DNA of 64,000 nt from Syntrophales bacterium (GTDB lineage: Bacteria > Desulfobacterota > Syntrophia > Syntrophales > UBA2185), in contig JBEKOL010000002.1 in assembly GCA_049521775.1 (NCBI GenBank), positions 63,942 through 127,941 on the forward strand, in the 5' to 3' direction. The translations under genes and the position numbers were made by a program. Below, piece by piece: positions 55,623 through 64,000 of the stretch. Position 1 is the first letter of the stretch. Every line of letters begins with the position of its first letter. The notes under the pieces are model-generated. The model saw only the letters and a list, made by a program, of their open reading frames with translations, did no database searches and was not told where the DNA came from.

Positions 55623-56656
55623 TATTCACCTCCCGCATGTAATATTGGGGCTTGATAGTGTTCAAAACCGTAACCTGCTGCACCCAGAAGGGCAATTCGC
55701 GGATTGAGAATGACGAAAACCGGTATCTGTGAAACCAGCTCAGACATGCGTCCTTTGTAGCGAAAGGATTTCATAAACCGTCCATTTTCCAGAAATGGCA
55801 GTATGCGGCGAGGAATACCTCCCCCCAAATAAACACTGGTTGTAGCCATCACTTTGAGGGCCAAATTCCCTGCTTCTGCTCCGAGGATGGAAACAAATAT
55901 GTTAAGAGTCATCACACAGAGATCACAGCGATTAACGCGATCTAAAGCGCACTCTATGATGACCGGCACAGGGTCATTTTCCCCCGCCATCCTCATAGAC
56001 AGCCAAGATGGTTCCTCAGCATAGCACTTCTCACGCAGAAAACAATATATATTTAATATTCCCGGCCCTGAACAAACGCTTTCATAACTGACATGGCCGA
56101 GCTTCTCCTGAAGGTAAGTTAACAGTTCCCTTTCCAGATCATCGCTCGGAGCAAAATCCACATGGCCTCCCTCTGAGGGGCGCCCGCGGTAATGTGTTCC
56201 GTCCCACGTCAGAAATGCCTCGCCAAGACCGGTGCCCGGGGCAACAACAGCCGCGCTTCCTCCGGAAACGGGACTGCCTTCGTTCAGGGTATGGAGATCC
56301 GATGGCTCCAGAAGGGGCACCGCGAAGGCAATGGCCTCAAGATCATTCAGCAGTCTGACGAATGGCAGGTTCAGTTCCCTGCCGAGTTTGTTTTCATCGA
56401 TGATCCATGGCAGGTTGGTAATCTTGGCGGTGCCTTTCATGACCGGGCCCGCCACACCGAAGCAGGCAGCATCCGTTCTAATATTAATGCCTTTGAGAAA
56501 TTCCCGCACGATGGTCATGAAATCAGGAAACTGTCTGCTCCGAAAGTCCGCCTCTATTAGAGGAGAACGCAACCCCTTTTCTTTTGAGAAGATTCCGAGG
56601 CGAGTATTTGTTCCGCCGATGTCGCCTGCTAGTAATATGGCCATTTTCTTTATCAC
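55622..56656 (-). CDS. glk: glucokinase
   Basis: LLAGDIGGTNTRLGIF ATP-binding N-terminus and 344 aa length; Glk family layout. Confidence 0.85.
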   Translation of the reverse strand: MIKKMAILLAGDIGGTNTRLGIFSKEKGLRSPLIEADFRSRQFPDFMTIVREFLKGINIRTDAACFGVAGPVMKGTAKITNLPWIIDENKLGRELNLPFVRLLNDLEAIAFAVPLLEPSDLHTLNEGSPVSGGSAAVVAPGTGLGEAFLTWDGTHYRGRPSEGGHVDFAPSDDLERELLTYLQEKLGHVSYESVCSGPGILNIYCFLREKCYAEEPSWLSMRMAGENDPVPVIIECALDRVNRCDLCVMTLNIFVSILGAEAGNLALKVMATTSVYLGGGIPRRILPFLENGRFMKSFRYKGRMSELVSQIPVFVILNPRIALLGAAGYGFEHYQAPILHAGGE

Positions 56657-56704
56657 ACAAATTTTTTGAGCTGTATCATGTAACAGCCGTTTCCATGTGG
56701 CCGT

Positions 56705-57049
56705 TCAGGTGACTTCGCTTTCAAGCCACTCCAGATAGTCACGGTTTCCTGTGACAATTGGTATAGCGATGATTTCGGGCACTTCATAAGGATGAACAGA
56801 TTTGATTGCTTTTTCAATTTCTTTGTAAAGGGCCTCTTTGCTTTTTATCCAGCATTGCCACTCTTGGGCTTTTTCGATTTTCCCCTTCCATCGGTAGAGA
56901 CTGGTTACGGGCCCCGCTATCTGCACACAGGCAGCGAGTCTCTTCTCAACCAGGCACGCGGCAATTCTTTCTGCGTCTTCTTTCTTTTCCGTCGTTGTCA
57001 CTACTTGAATGTAGGATTCCACTTCATCCACCTCTATTCCCTGCATCAT
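56705..57049 (-). CDS. cutA: divalent-cation tolerance protein CutA
   Basis: RLAACVQI...SLYRWKGKIE...E..HPYEVPEII signature. The ATG at 57049 overlaps the upstream TGA (ATGA). Confidence 0.88.
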   Translation of the reverse strand: MMQGIEVDEVESYIQVVTTTEKKEDAERIAACLVEKRLAACVQIAGPVTSLYRWKGKIEKAQEWQCWIKSKEALYKEIEKAIKSVHPYEVPEIIAIPIVTGNRDYLEWLESEVT

Positions 57050-57837
57050 GCATTCTGTTTGGCGCATGCATACATCATGATTGCCGCTGCCTGAGGCAGG
57101 CTGAGGGAATCTCCTCTCCCCGCACTGGGGATGTGCCACAGCTCATCAGCCAAACGCATCATGGCTTCCGGCAATCCGTGACTTTCACTGCCCAAGAGGA
57201 GGGCCGTTCTTTGTTTACACGCATGCGGCTCTATACCCTTTCCTATGTGAGAGCCTACGAGAAAAAAACGTTCTTTTATTGTCGGCAGGGTTTCAGAAAA
57301 ATTGATATCCTGTATAATTCTCATTTGGAAAAGCGTTCCCATGGCGGATCGTACGACTTTGGGATTTGTAAAATCTGTGGAACCGGTGCTAAGTATTATT
57401 GTTTCTATACCGAACCAATGTGCGGCTCTTACCACGGCGCCAAGATTATTGGGATTGCCTATCTGATACAGCAGGAGAATATGACCCGAATCGTGCTCCA
57501 GCAGTGCGCTGATGTCAGAGCGCGCAGGCGTGGCTGCGACCGCCATGACACCCTCTGGTTCTTTATCCTGACTTAGTGCATCCCATTCCCTTTCCGATAG
57601 TCCGTAGACGTCAATTCCTTGCGGAATTGTGGAAAGAAAAGCATGCCAATCAGAACTTTTTTTCTTCATCACCAGAATTGCCCCGGTTTTCCATTTGCTG
57701 TTGAGCAATCCCTGGACGACTTTATATCCTTCAGCAAGAAAAAGGCCTTCCTCGCGGCGATACTTGGCCTGGTATAGCTTTTTCCATAATTTTAATTGTG
57801 ATCTCAGGGGACTGCGCAAAGTAATTTCATATGCCAT
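57046..57837 (-). CDS. TrmH/SpoU-family RNA 2'-O-methyltransferase
   Basis: A substrate-binding N-domain (YRREEGLFLAEGYKVV) plus SpoU motifs (GNPNNLGAVVRAA, LLLGSESHGL, IPSAGRGDSLSL). I prefer the ATG at 57837 over 57906, which would overlap lgt by 40 nt. Confidence 0.82.
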   Translation of the reverse strand: MAYEITLRSPLRSQLKLWKKLYQAKYRREEGLFLAEGYKVVQGLLNSKWKTGAILVMKKKSSDWHAFLSTIPQGIDVYGLSEREWDALSQDKEPEGVMAVAATPARSDISALLEHDSGHILLLYQIGNPNNLGAVVRAAHWFGIETIILSTGSTDFTNPKVVRSAMGTLFQMRIIQDINFSETLPTIKERFFLVGSHIGKGIEPHACKQRTALLLGSESHGLPEAMMRLADELWHIPSAGRGDSLSLPQAAAIMMYACAKQNA

Positions 57838-57866
57838 TAGCGAGAGTTCCGTCAAAAGGTGTCCTG

Positions 57867-58718
57867 TCACGCCGGTCTTAAACGCGCACCTGTCTTTCGT
57901 TTCCATCCGAAAAAATAGATACAGACGCCGGCAATCATCATTAGGATACAGAGCATCTGTCCCATGCTCAGGATTCCCCCAAAGAGACCCAGTTGCGAAT
58001 CCGGCTCGCGGAAAAACTCGATGATAAAGCGAACCAACCCGTAACCGAAAGTATACAGGGCAAAGATGAAGCCATCAAACGGACTTTTCTTTCTCACACT
58101 CCAGAGGACGATGAAGAGAAATATCCCCTCGAAAAGCGCCTCGTAGAGCTGGGAAGGGTGACGCAGCTGGTGGGTCAAATCCAGCGGGAAATACATGCCC
58201 CACGGCATGGCGGTAATCCTGCCGTAAAGCTCGCCATTAATGAAATTACCGATTCTTCCAAAGGTATATCCAAGAGGGATGGCAGGGCAAAATAGATCAG
58301 CAAACCGCCAGAAGTCTATCTTGTGTTTACGGCAAAAAATAACCGATGCTATGAGGACGCCGATAGCGCCCCCATGGTAGGACATGCCGCTGATGCCAAC
58401 GTACTGCATACCGTGAGCGAAATCGAAAGGGAGGATAATCTCAAGTGGATTTTTTACGTAATGGCCAAAATTATAAAAAAGGACATAACCGAACCTTGCG
58501 CCGACTATAAGCCCCGTGATGGCCCAGATAAAAAAGTCCTGAATTGTTTCTGTCGAATACGTATAATCCTCACGTTTTATCCGATAAGAGACGAGGATAT
58601 AGGTCAACAGAAAAGCGATTATGTACATGAGACTGTAATAGCGAATCTGAAAGGAACCGATCTCAAAGATAATCGGACTCACGCGCTCGGGAAGATGCTG
58701 CCAGCTAATAAGATTCAC
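57867..58718 (-). CDS. lgt: prolipoprotein diacylglyceryl transferase
   Basis: GRIGNFINGELYG, PWGMYFP and HPSQLYEA motifs. It is 283 aa. Confidence 0.92.
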   Translation of the reverse strand: MNLISWQHLPERVSPIIFEIGSFQIRYYSLMYIIAFLLTYILVSYRIKREDYTYSTETIQDFFIWAITGLIVGARFGYVLFYNFGHYVKNPLEIILPFDFAHGMQYVGISGMSYHGGAIGVLIASVIFCRKHKIDFWRFADLFCPAIPLGYTFGRIGNFINGELYGRITAMPWGMYFPLDLTHQLRHPSQLYEALFEGIFLFIVLWSVRKKSPFDGFIFALYTFGYGLVRFIIEFFREPDSQLGLFGGILSMGQMLCILMMIAGVCIYFFGWKRKTGARLRPA

Positions 58719-59673
58719 CCTTCAACTCCTCTACATAGTGCTGCGCGGAAGCTGCCGCCGTTGCTCCATCTCCACATGCTGTAATTACCTGGCGAAGACC
58801 TTTTCTTATACAGTCACCTCCGGCAAATATACCCTTCACCGAAGTCTTCATATCTGCGTCCACAATAATATATCCGCCGTCGTCGAGATCCACGATGCCG
58901 CGAACCATATCGGTCTTTGGAGTCAGGCCGATGAATATAAATACCCCCTGGGCGGGTATCTCCCTTCCCATATCCGGTGACTGAACGTCTCTGATCTTCA
59001 CCTTTTCGACAACATTTCCTCCTGATATTTCCTCAACCACAGAATTCCAGGCGAAATAAATTTTGCTGTTAGCAAAGGCCCTCTTCTCAAGGGCCTTTAT
59101 CGCCCGCAGTCGGTTACGGCGATGAACGATGGTGACCTTGTTTGCAAACTTGGTGAGAAAGACGGCCTCCTTAACGGCAGCGTCTCCACCTCCTACAACA
59201 ACAACTTCCCTGTTCTTGTAAATGGGACCGTCGCAGGTCGCACAGTACGAGACCCCCTTGCCTACAAAAACATCTTCCCCCCGGACACCCAGTTTTCGCC
59301 AGTATGCCCCCGTTGCTACAATAACGGCAAGCGCCTCATAGTCTCTGTCTGCTGATGTCACCTTCCACCCTTCCGTATTGCCCCAGCGGGTCTTTGAAAT
59401 GCCAGTGACGTCCTCTGAGGCTATCTCCAGCCCGAATTGGAGAACCTGTTTCTTAAATCGCTCAATAAGTTCAAACCCGCCGATGCCTTCTGGCATACCC
59501 GGATAGTTCTCTATTATATCCGTAACGGTAATCTGGCTTACGGAAGAAGCGCCTTCTATCAGCAAAGTCCTGAGATTGGCCCTCGATGCATAAATACCCG
59601 CCGTCAAACCGGCGGGCCCTCCGCCAATAATCACAATATCATATACATGATCGGGAATAGTCGCTTTATCCAA
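58705..59673 (-). CDS. trxB: thioredoxin-disulfide reductase
   Basis: IIGGGPAGLTAGIYA, the redox-active CATCDG, and VVGGGDAAVKEA. It is 322 aa. Confidence 0.92.
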   Translation of the reverse strand: MDKATIPDHVYDIVIIGGGPAGLTAGIYASRANLRTLLIEGASSVSQITVTDIIENYPGMPEGIGGFELIERFKKQVLQFGLEIASEDVTGISKTRWGNTEGWKVTSADRDYEALAVIVATGAYWRKLGVRGEDVFVGKGVSYCATCDGPIYKNREVVVVGGGDAAVKEAVFLTKFANKVTIVHRRNRLRAIKALEKRAFANSKIYFAWNSVVEEISGGNVVEKVKIRDVQSPDMGREIPAQGVFIFIGLTPKTDMVRGIVDLDDGGYIIVDADMKTSVKGIFAGGDCIRKGLRQVITACGDGATAAASAQHYVEELKGESY

Positions 59674-59841
59674 AGATTATCACTCCATTCATTTTTTGAT
59701 TATATATGGTGCGCGGAGTCCATACATAAAGGAACTCGGCAGTGCCTTGTTGTGTAGCGGGGTTGCAGGGTAGCACCGTATTTTTATTATTAAACAGAAA
59801 AAATATCATCTTGTAAAGTTCGAATACAGCGCAAAGTTGCA

Positions 59842-60300
59842 TCAAATTGTTCTTTGATGGGAATAGCTGTCCTTTTTTGTTTTTTCCATATAGTTTCTCA
59901 ATGCCTTTTGGAAAAGAAGAGCCGCCAGTAGGGCACAGTGGCTATGGTCGTGAGGCAGACCTCCCAGATGCTCCAAAATCGAACTCCTGTTGATCTTGAG
60001 ACATTCACGGATTGTTCTTCCTCTGGACATCTCCGCCGCTGCATTGCAGGCGGCAACGGTAAATATGCACCCTTCCGCAGTGAATCTTGACTCCTCGACT
60101 TTCCCGTGTCGAACGCGAAGAAACATCTTTATCTCCTTGCCGCAATCGTCGGACTTTTCCGCATAGCCGTCAGGACTGTCTATGGCGCCATAATTTTCAG
60201 GATTCGTTCCGTAATCAAATACTTTTTCCGGATAAATTTCCCTGGCCTTTTCGCGCAGGATGGCTATCATATTTTGTAAAATTTTATTTTCATCCTCCAT
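59842..60300 (-). CDS. NifU N-terminal/IscU-like Fe-S scaffold domain protein
   Basis: Three scaffold Cys contexts (DDCGKEI, EGCIFTVAACN, HCALLA) in 152 aa. Confidence 0.7.
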   Translation of the reverse strand: MEDENKILQNMIAILREKAREIYPEKVFDYGTNPENYGAIDSPDGYAEKSDDCGKEIKMFLRVRHGKVEESRFTAEGCIFTVAACNAAAEMSRGRTIRECLKINRSSILEHLGGLPHDHSHCALLAALLFQKALRNYMEKTKKDSYSHQRTI

Positions 60301-60521
60301 CGGTCGGATAAAACCTCTTCAACGCGTTCTCTTTTTTACTTAATCGGTTTTTGCATATATTACAATAATAAAATTGTTAGCTTTGTAAAAGGTTACCCCG
60401 TAAGCACACAGGCGAGATACATTCGTATTGCGCCGTATCCCTCTTATACAAGATTGCCGCATGCTATGCAGCGTATGCCTTGCATGGTCATCGGGCATGC
60501 CAGAGAATTTCAAGAACAATG

Positions 60522-60561
60522 TCAGAAAATAGTTGACATCGGCCTTTTGAAATGGTAAAAC
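60522..60561 (+). promoter_or_regulatory. sigma-70-type promoter with conserved upstream block (CoA-transferase operon 2)
   Basis: TCAGAAAATAGTTGACAT (60522-60539) is identical to 29608-29625. TTGACA is followed by a 17-nt spacer and then an extended -10, TGgTAAAAC. Confidence 0.55.
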
Positions 60562-60883
60562 TTCCACACTTTAATGTATTCCACCATTATTGACAATATC
60601 AGTTGCCAATATCTCTAATGCACTATCTAATCAAGTTCCGAACTTTTTTATGATGATATTGCAATCACAACTCGAAAAGAAAAAAATCCCCATAAATGTC
60701 TACAGTTTATTTGGAAAAGATATTTGGTCTTTACGGGAGGTGCCGGCTAAGTAAGCTGTTGTCGACATTTCCGACATGAAACACAAAAAATAAAGACGTC
60801 ACGTCCAAAAAGAGCGACATAGAGCACGACTTGCGGAATAATAAAATTGAAGCCGGAGGCGAACTCAAGAGGAGGCAGAAGAA

Positions 60884-61948
60884 ATGTTAGGTCCGGTAAG
60901 TTCGAAAATTAAATCCGTTTCCAAGCTGAAATACGATGAGAAGCCTTTCGAGCACTGGGGTCTGACCTCCAACGAGGTAAGGAAGATAACAGAAAAGAAA
61001 GACCACGGCCTTTACGACAAGAGGATGACGTTAAAGGAAGCGGTGGCCAAATTCATCAAGGACGGCATAAACCTTGGAGTCGGCGGTTTTGTAAATACGA
61101 GGGTGCCGGCAGCAATCATTCATGAAATTATCAGAAAAGGAGTAAAAGACCTTACCCTTTCTTTCCAGTCAAACTCTATCTGTCTGGAATGGCTTGCAGG
61201 CGCCATGATTGTCGCCCCGGAAAAAGTATCTATAAAGCGTGTAGAATTAGCCTGGTGGGGTTACGAACTCATTGGCATAGCTCCCCTGTGGAGGTATTTG
61301 GTCACTAATAAACTTGTGGAAACCGACGACTACACCAATTACGGCATGTCGGTAAGATTCAAGGCAGGGGCCATGGGCATTCCCTTCATCCCCGTACGGG
61401 ACCACGGCGGATCGGACATGGAACTGGTAAACAGGGGAAAGATGATCGTGTGTCCCTTCACAGGACAGAACATTTATCTCCTCCCGGCCTGTAATCCCGA
61501 TGTAGGCATCGTACATACTACTGCGGCAGATATGTATGGGAATGCGAGAATCTTCGGGGCCCTATGTACGTGTCCGGAAATTGCAATGGCGTCGGCATAC
61601 ACCATCATGACGACTGATAAGGTCATCCCCACTGAAACAATCAGAAGGTATCCGAACCTGACGGAAATTCCCTACGTTTGCGTGGATGCGGTTGTCGAGC
61701 AGCCTTTCGGATGCTACCCCGGCGCCTGCTACGGCTACTACTGGTTTGATATGGATCATCTCAGAATGTACAGGGGAATATGTGATGATTTCAGAAAGAC
61801 TGGAAATAAAGACGGTCTGAAGAGATATTTCAATGATTATATCTTCGGCTGTGAGACATTTGACGATTTTCTGGAAAAGGCGGCTGGTTACAAGAAGCTT
61901 CGATACCTGAAAGAGATGGACGGCGGTCAGCCTATTTATACACTGTAA
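60884..61948 (+). CDS. class I CoA-transferase subunit A (paralogue 2)
   Basis: KRMTLKEAVAKFIKDGINLGVGGF and GIPFIP. It is 354 aa with an N-terminal extension relative to paralogue 1. GAGGAGG RBS. Confidence 0.85.
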   Translation: MLGPVSSKIKSVSKLKYDEKPFEHWGLTSNEVRKITEKKDHGLYDKRMTLKEAVAKFIKDGINLGVGGFVNTRVPAAIIHEIIRKGVKDLTLSFQSNSICLEWLAGAMIVAPEKVSIKRVELAWWGYELIGIAPLWRYLVTNKLVETDDYTNYGMSVRFKAGAMGIPFIPVRDHGGSDMELVNRGKMIVCPFTGQNIYLLPACNPDVGIVHTTAADMYGNARIFGALCTCPEIAMASAYTIMTTDKVIPTETIRRYPNLTEIPYVCVDAVVEQPFGCYPGACYGYYWFDMDHLRMYRGICDDFRKTGNKDGLKRYFNDYIFGCETFDDFLEKAAGYKKLRYLKEMDGGQPIYTL

Positions 61949-61982
61949 TGAGACGGCAATATGGCAAGAGGAGGAAAGTGAT

Positions 61983-62768
61983 ATGCCAGAATACAGTGCT
62001 TTTGAAATGATTGCTTATACGGGATCAAGACAGTTGGAAGATAGGAAGATCGTCTTTGTGGGTACAGGGCTCCCTATTATTGCAGCCATGCATGCACAGC
62101 TTACCCATGCCCCCAATCTTTATATGATTTATGAAGCCGGCTCCCTGGCCCCCATCCTGGAGATCGGAATGCCCCTCTCCGTGGGTGATACCAGGGCGGG
62201 ACGCAAAGCCTGTTTCCTGAAGGGTCTCTGCGCAGTTTTTGAAATGACGCAGAGAGGCTTTGCCGACTACGCCTTCATCGGAGGCGCCCAGATCGATATG
62301 TACGGTAATATCAGTTCCACCATCGAAGGAAGTTACTACAACAAGCCCGACATCCGGTTTCCAGGGAGCGGCGGCGCCGGAGCGATGGCGGCCAACTGCG
62401 GAAAGACCATTGCCATCATGGCTCTGGAAAAGAGAAGGTTTGCCAAACAGGTGGATTTTATCACGAGCATCGGATTTGGTGATGGCTCTCCCGACTATAG
62501 GGAAAAAGCGGGTGTTATGGGTTCCGGCCCATACAGAGTCATCACGCAGCAGGCCATGTTCGGCTTCGATGAGAAGACCAGAAGAATGAAGCTTTTGGAA
62601 GTCAGGCCGGGATTTACGCCGCAGCAGATTCAGGATATGATCGAATTCGAATTGATCATTCCTCCCAAAGTGCCGGAAATGGCAGAACCGACGGAAGAGG
62701 ACTTGCATCTTCTTCGGGACGTAATTGATGCGGAAGGCTACTTCTTAAAGAGGGTTGTCAAAAAATAA
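61983..62768 (+). CDS. class I CoA-transferase subunit B (paralogue 2)
   Basis: IVFVGTGLP, the catalytic-Glu context MIYEAGSL, and GGAQIDMYGNISST. It is 261 aa. Confidence 0.85.
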   Translation: MPEYSAFEMIAYTGSRQLEDRKIVFVGTGLPIIAAMHAQLTHAPNLYMIYEAGSLAPILEIGMPLSVGDTRAGRKACFLKGLCAVFEMTQRGFADYAFIGGAQIDMYGNISSTIEGSYYNKPDIRFPGSGGAGAMAANCGKTIAIMALEKRRFAKQVDFITSIGFGDGSPDYREKAGVMGSGPYRVITQQAMFGFDEKTRRMKLLEVRPGFTPQQIQDMIEFELIIPPKVPEMAEPTEEDLHLLRDVIDAEGYFLKRVVKK

Positions 62769-62850
62769 TTTATTTTCTAAAATCCGTAAGGAAAGGAGGG
62801 TAGGAGAGGACATTTAAAAATAGGGCATTTTTTATAAACGGTGAAAGAAA

Positions 62851-62902
62851 TCATTGCGAAACGAAGTGGCAAACTATAAAAATAACCCATCGTTTGCGAT
62901 GA
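62851..62902. repeat. hairpin, variant of the intergenic palindromic element family
   Basis: TCATTGCGAAACGA (62851-62864) pairs with TCGTTTGCGATGA (62890-62902), with one bulge and one G-U pair. The tail CGTTTGCGATGACAAGAAAT resembles CGGTTGCGATGACAAAAAAT at 50450-50469. Confidence 0.45.
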
Positions 62903-62973
62903 CAAGAAATCGGGAGTCATTATTCAACTTTTTTTATTCATATCTTTTATTTGTTGAAAGGAGGGTTTAGATA

Positions 62974-64000
62974 ATGGCGGAAGAAGTAAAAGCTACTCAG
63001 CCGAGATGGGTGCCTCTTTTATTAGGATTATTGAGCAGTACGACATGCGGCGCCCTTTTGTATGCATGGAGCGTGTTCATTAAGCCATTGAACGCGGAAT
63101 TCGGTTGGACCCGTGCCGAGATCGCCATGGCCTTTGCGATCTGCTGTCTGGTGTTCGGTTTGATGACGTTTCCCGCAGGGCGTATAAGTGACAAGTATGG
63201 TCCAAGGCCTGTAGTTATGGCGGGCGGTATCATTTTAGGTATCGGATTTGTTCTGTCCGGATTCATCCAGGCAAAGTGGCAACTTTATATTACATACGGT
63301 CTTATTTCGGGATTTGGTGGCGGTATTATCTACCTGCCACCCATAGCCACGGCTCCCAAGTGGTGGCCTGACAGACGGGCGTTAGCCACGGGGTTTGCGG
63401 TCGTCGGTCTGGGACTCGGTTCGTTCATCATGGGTCCCTTGGCAACATACATTATTCAGGCCCCAGAGATGGGATGGCGTTATGTGTTCTGGTACTGCGG
63501 TATCGCCATGGGTCTTATGGCTCTTATCGCCGGTGCGTTCTTGAAGCCCCCACCGGCAGGTTGGAAGCCAGCCGGATGGTCGCCTCCAGCGCCGGCCACA
63601 GGTGCGGGTGCACCGAAGGTTACCCGTGACCATACGCACGAAGAAGCCTGCAAGTGCCCCAAGTTTTGGTTTATGTACCTTGCCTATTTCTGCGGTTCCT
63701 TTGCCGGTTTGATGGTGATCGGTCACCTTGCAGGTCATGGTCGAGACCAGGGTCTTACAGCCATGGCTGCTGCAGGAGCCGTGAGCTCTCTCGCCTTTTT
63801 TAATGCGGCGACAAGAATCCTTTCCGGCTGGTTTGTGGACATGATCGGCATTCGTGGTTATTTTGCCGGGTGCTTTGCTCTCCAGACGGCGGTGATGCTT
63901 CTGTTATATCCTCTCGGCGGCAACTACTGGGCGTTGTGGGCTATTGCTGCCATCATCGGTTGGAACTACGGCGCCATGTTTACGCTGTTCCCCGCCACGT
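62974..64000 (+). CDS. MFS transporter, oxalate/formate antiporter (OFA) family-like, 3'-truncated by window edge
   Basis: Not in the ORF track because there is no stop in the window. My own translation is [45 protein letters not shown]...[17 protein letters not shown]. It has multiple TM helices and stays open to nt 64000. AAGGAGGG RBS. Confidence 0.85.
   Translation, partial: MAEEVKATQPRWVPLLLGLLSSTTCGALLYAWSVFIKPLNAEFGWTRAEIAMAFAICCLVFGLMTFPAGRISDKYGPRPVVMAGGIILGIGFVLSGFIQAKWQLYITYGLISGFGGGIIYLPPIATAPKWWPDRRALATGFAVVGLGLGSFIMGPLATYIIQAPEMGWRYVFWYCGIAMGLMALIAGAFLKPPPAGWKPAGWSPPAPATGAGAPKVTRDHTHEEACKCPKFWFMYLAYFCGSFAGLMVIGHLAGHGRDQGLTAMAAAGAVSSLAFFNAATRILSGWFVDMIGIRGYFAGCFALQTAVMLLLYPLGGNYWALWAIAAIIGWNYGAMFTLFPAT

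Noticed and set aside
56806-57576. 256-aa plus-strand ORF opposite cutA and the trmH-like gene
   Set aside because: It spans two well-supported minus-strand genes and has no motifs.
59724-59800. Possible structured element between the IscU-like gene and trxB (ATATGGTGC...GCACCGTAT closing helix)
   Set aside because: There is only one 9-bp helix with a G-U pair and weak inner pairing. I could not connect it to a known RNA class or a terminator T-tract.
60340-60567. 75-aa minus-strand ORF in the intergenic region upstream of CoA-transferase operon 2
   Set aside because: It overlaps the conserved promoter block (60522-60561), has no RBS and is AT-rich. It is more likely regulatory DNA.
62025-62708. 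227-aa minus-strand ORF opposite CoA-transferase subunit B (paralogue 2)
   Set aside because: It is a shadow ORF of a well-supported plus-strand gene and has no motifs.

Overview
This is a gene-dense chromosomal segment with about 62 protein-coding genes on both strands. Many neighbouring genes have 1-14 nt start/stop overlaps. GC looks roughly balanced by eye; I did not compute it.

Gene content suggests an anaerobic Desulfobacterota (deltaproteobacterial, Syntrophales-like) genome. That assignment is inference only. The supporting genes are an MvhADG-type [NiFe] hydrogenase, sigma-54 enhancer-binding regulators, DUF362/ferredoxin proteins, two glutaconate-type CoA-transferase operons, an OFA-type MFS transporter, and PilZ and CheR proteins.

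Layout:
- Isoprenoid cluster: ispA (5' partial), dxs, tlyA, ispH.
- Housekeeping block: nfu-like, fdx, tmk, holB, PSP1, metG.
- Small-protein, PilZ and CheR region.
- ispB-like and nnr, then a redox grab-bag (ABM, pirin, DUF362, flavin reductase).
- An uncharacterised FAH-DUF2064-GT2 operon.
- A two-component/sigma-54 cascade.
- CoA-transferase operon 1.
- A [NiFe] hydrogenase operon carrying an IS630 remnant.
- A dynamin-like GTPase and a HIT protein.
- tkt and neighbours.
- ABC-2 exporter, tatA, glk, cutA, trmH-like, lgt, trxB.
- CoA-transferase operon 2 followed by an MFS gene (3' partial).

I found no rRNA, tRNA, CRISPR array or intact mobile element.

The leads I consider most worth follow-up are:
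1. An in-frame IspH::UbiA-like membrane-domain fusion.
2. A sigma-54 promoter with tandem GGGG-N8-CCC(C) palindromes in front of the hydrogenase operon. The hydrogenase is paired with a GltD/NfnB-like flavoprotein rather than HdrABC.
3. The translationally coupled FAH hydroxylase-DUF2064-GT2 operon.
4. Two paralogous CoA-transferase operons that share an identical 18-nt promoter block.
5. A nested-hairpin repeat family (TTGTCATTTCG...CGAAATGACA) in several intergenic regions.

All family assignments come from motif recognition by eye. No database search or computation was run.
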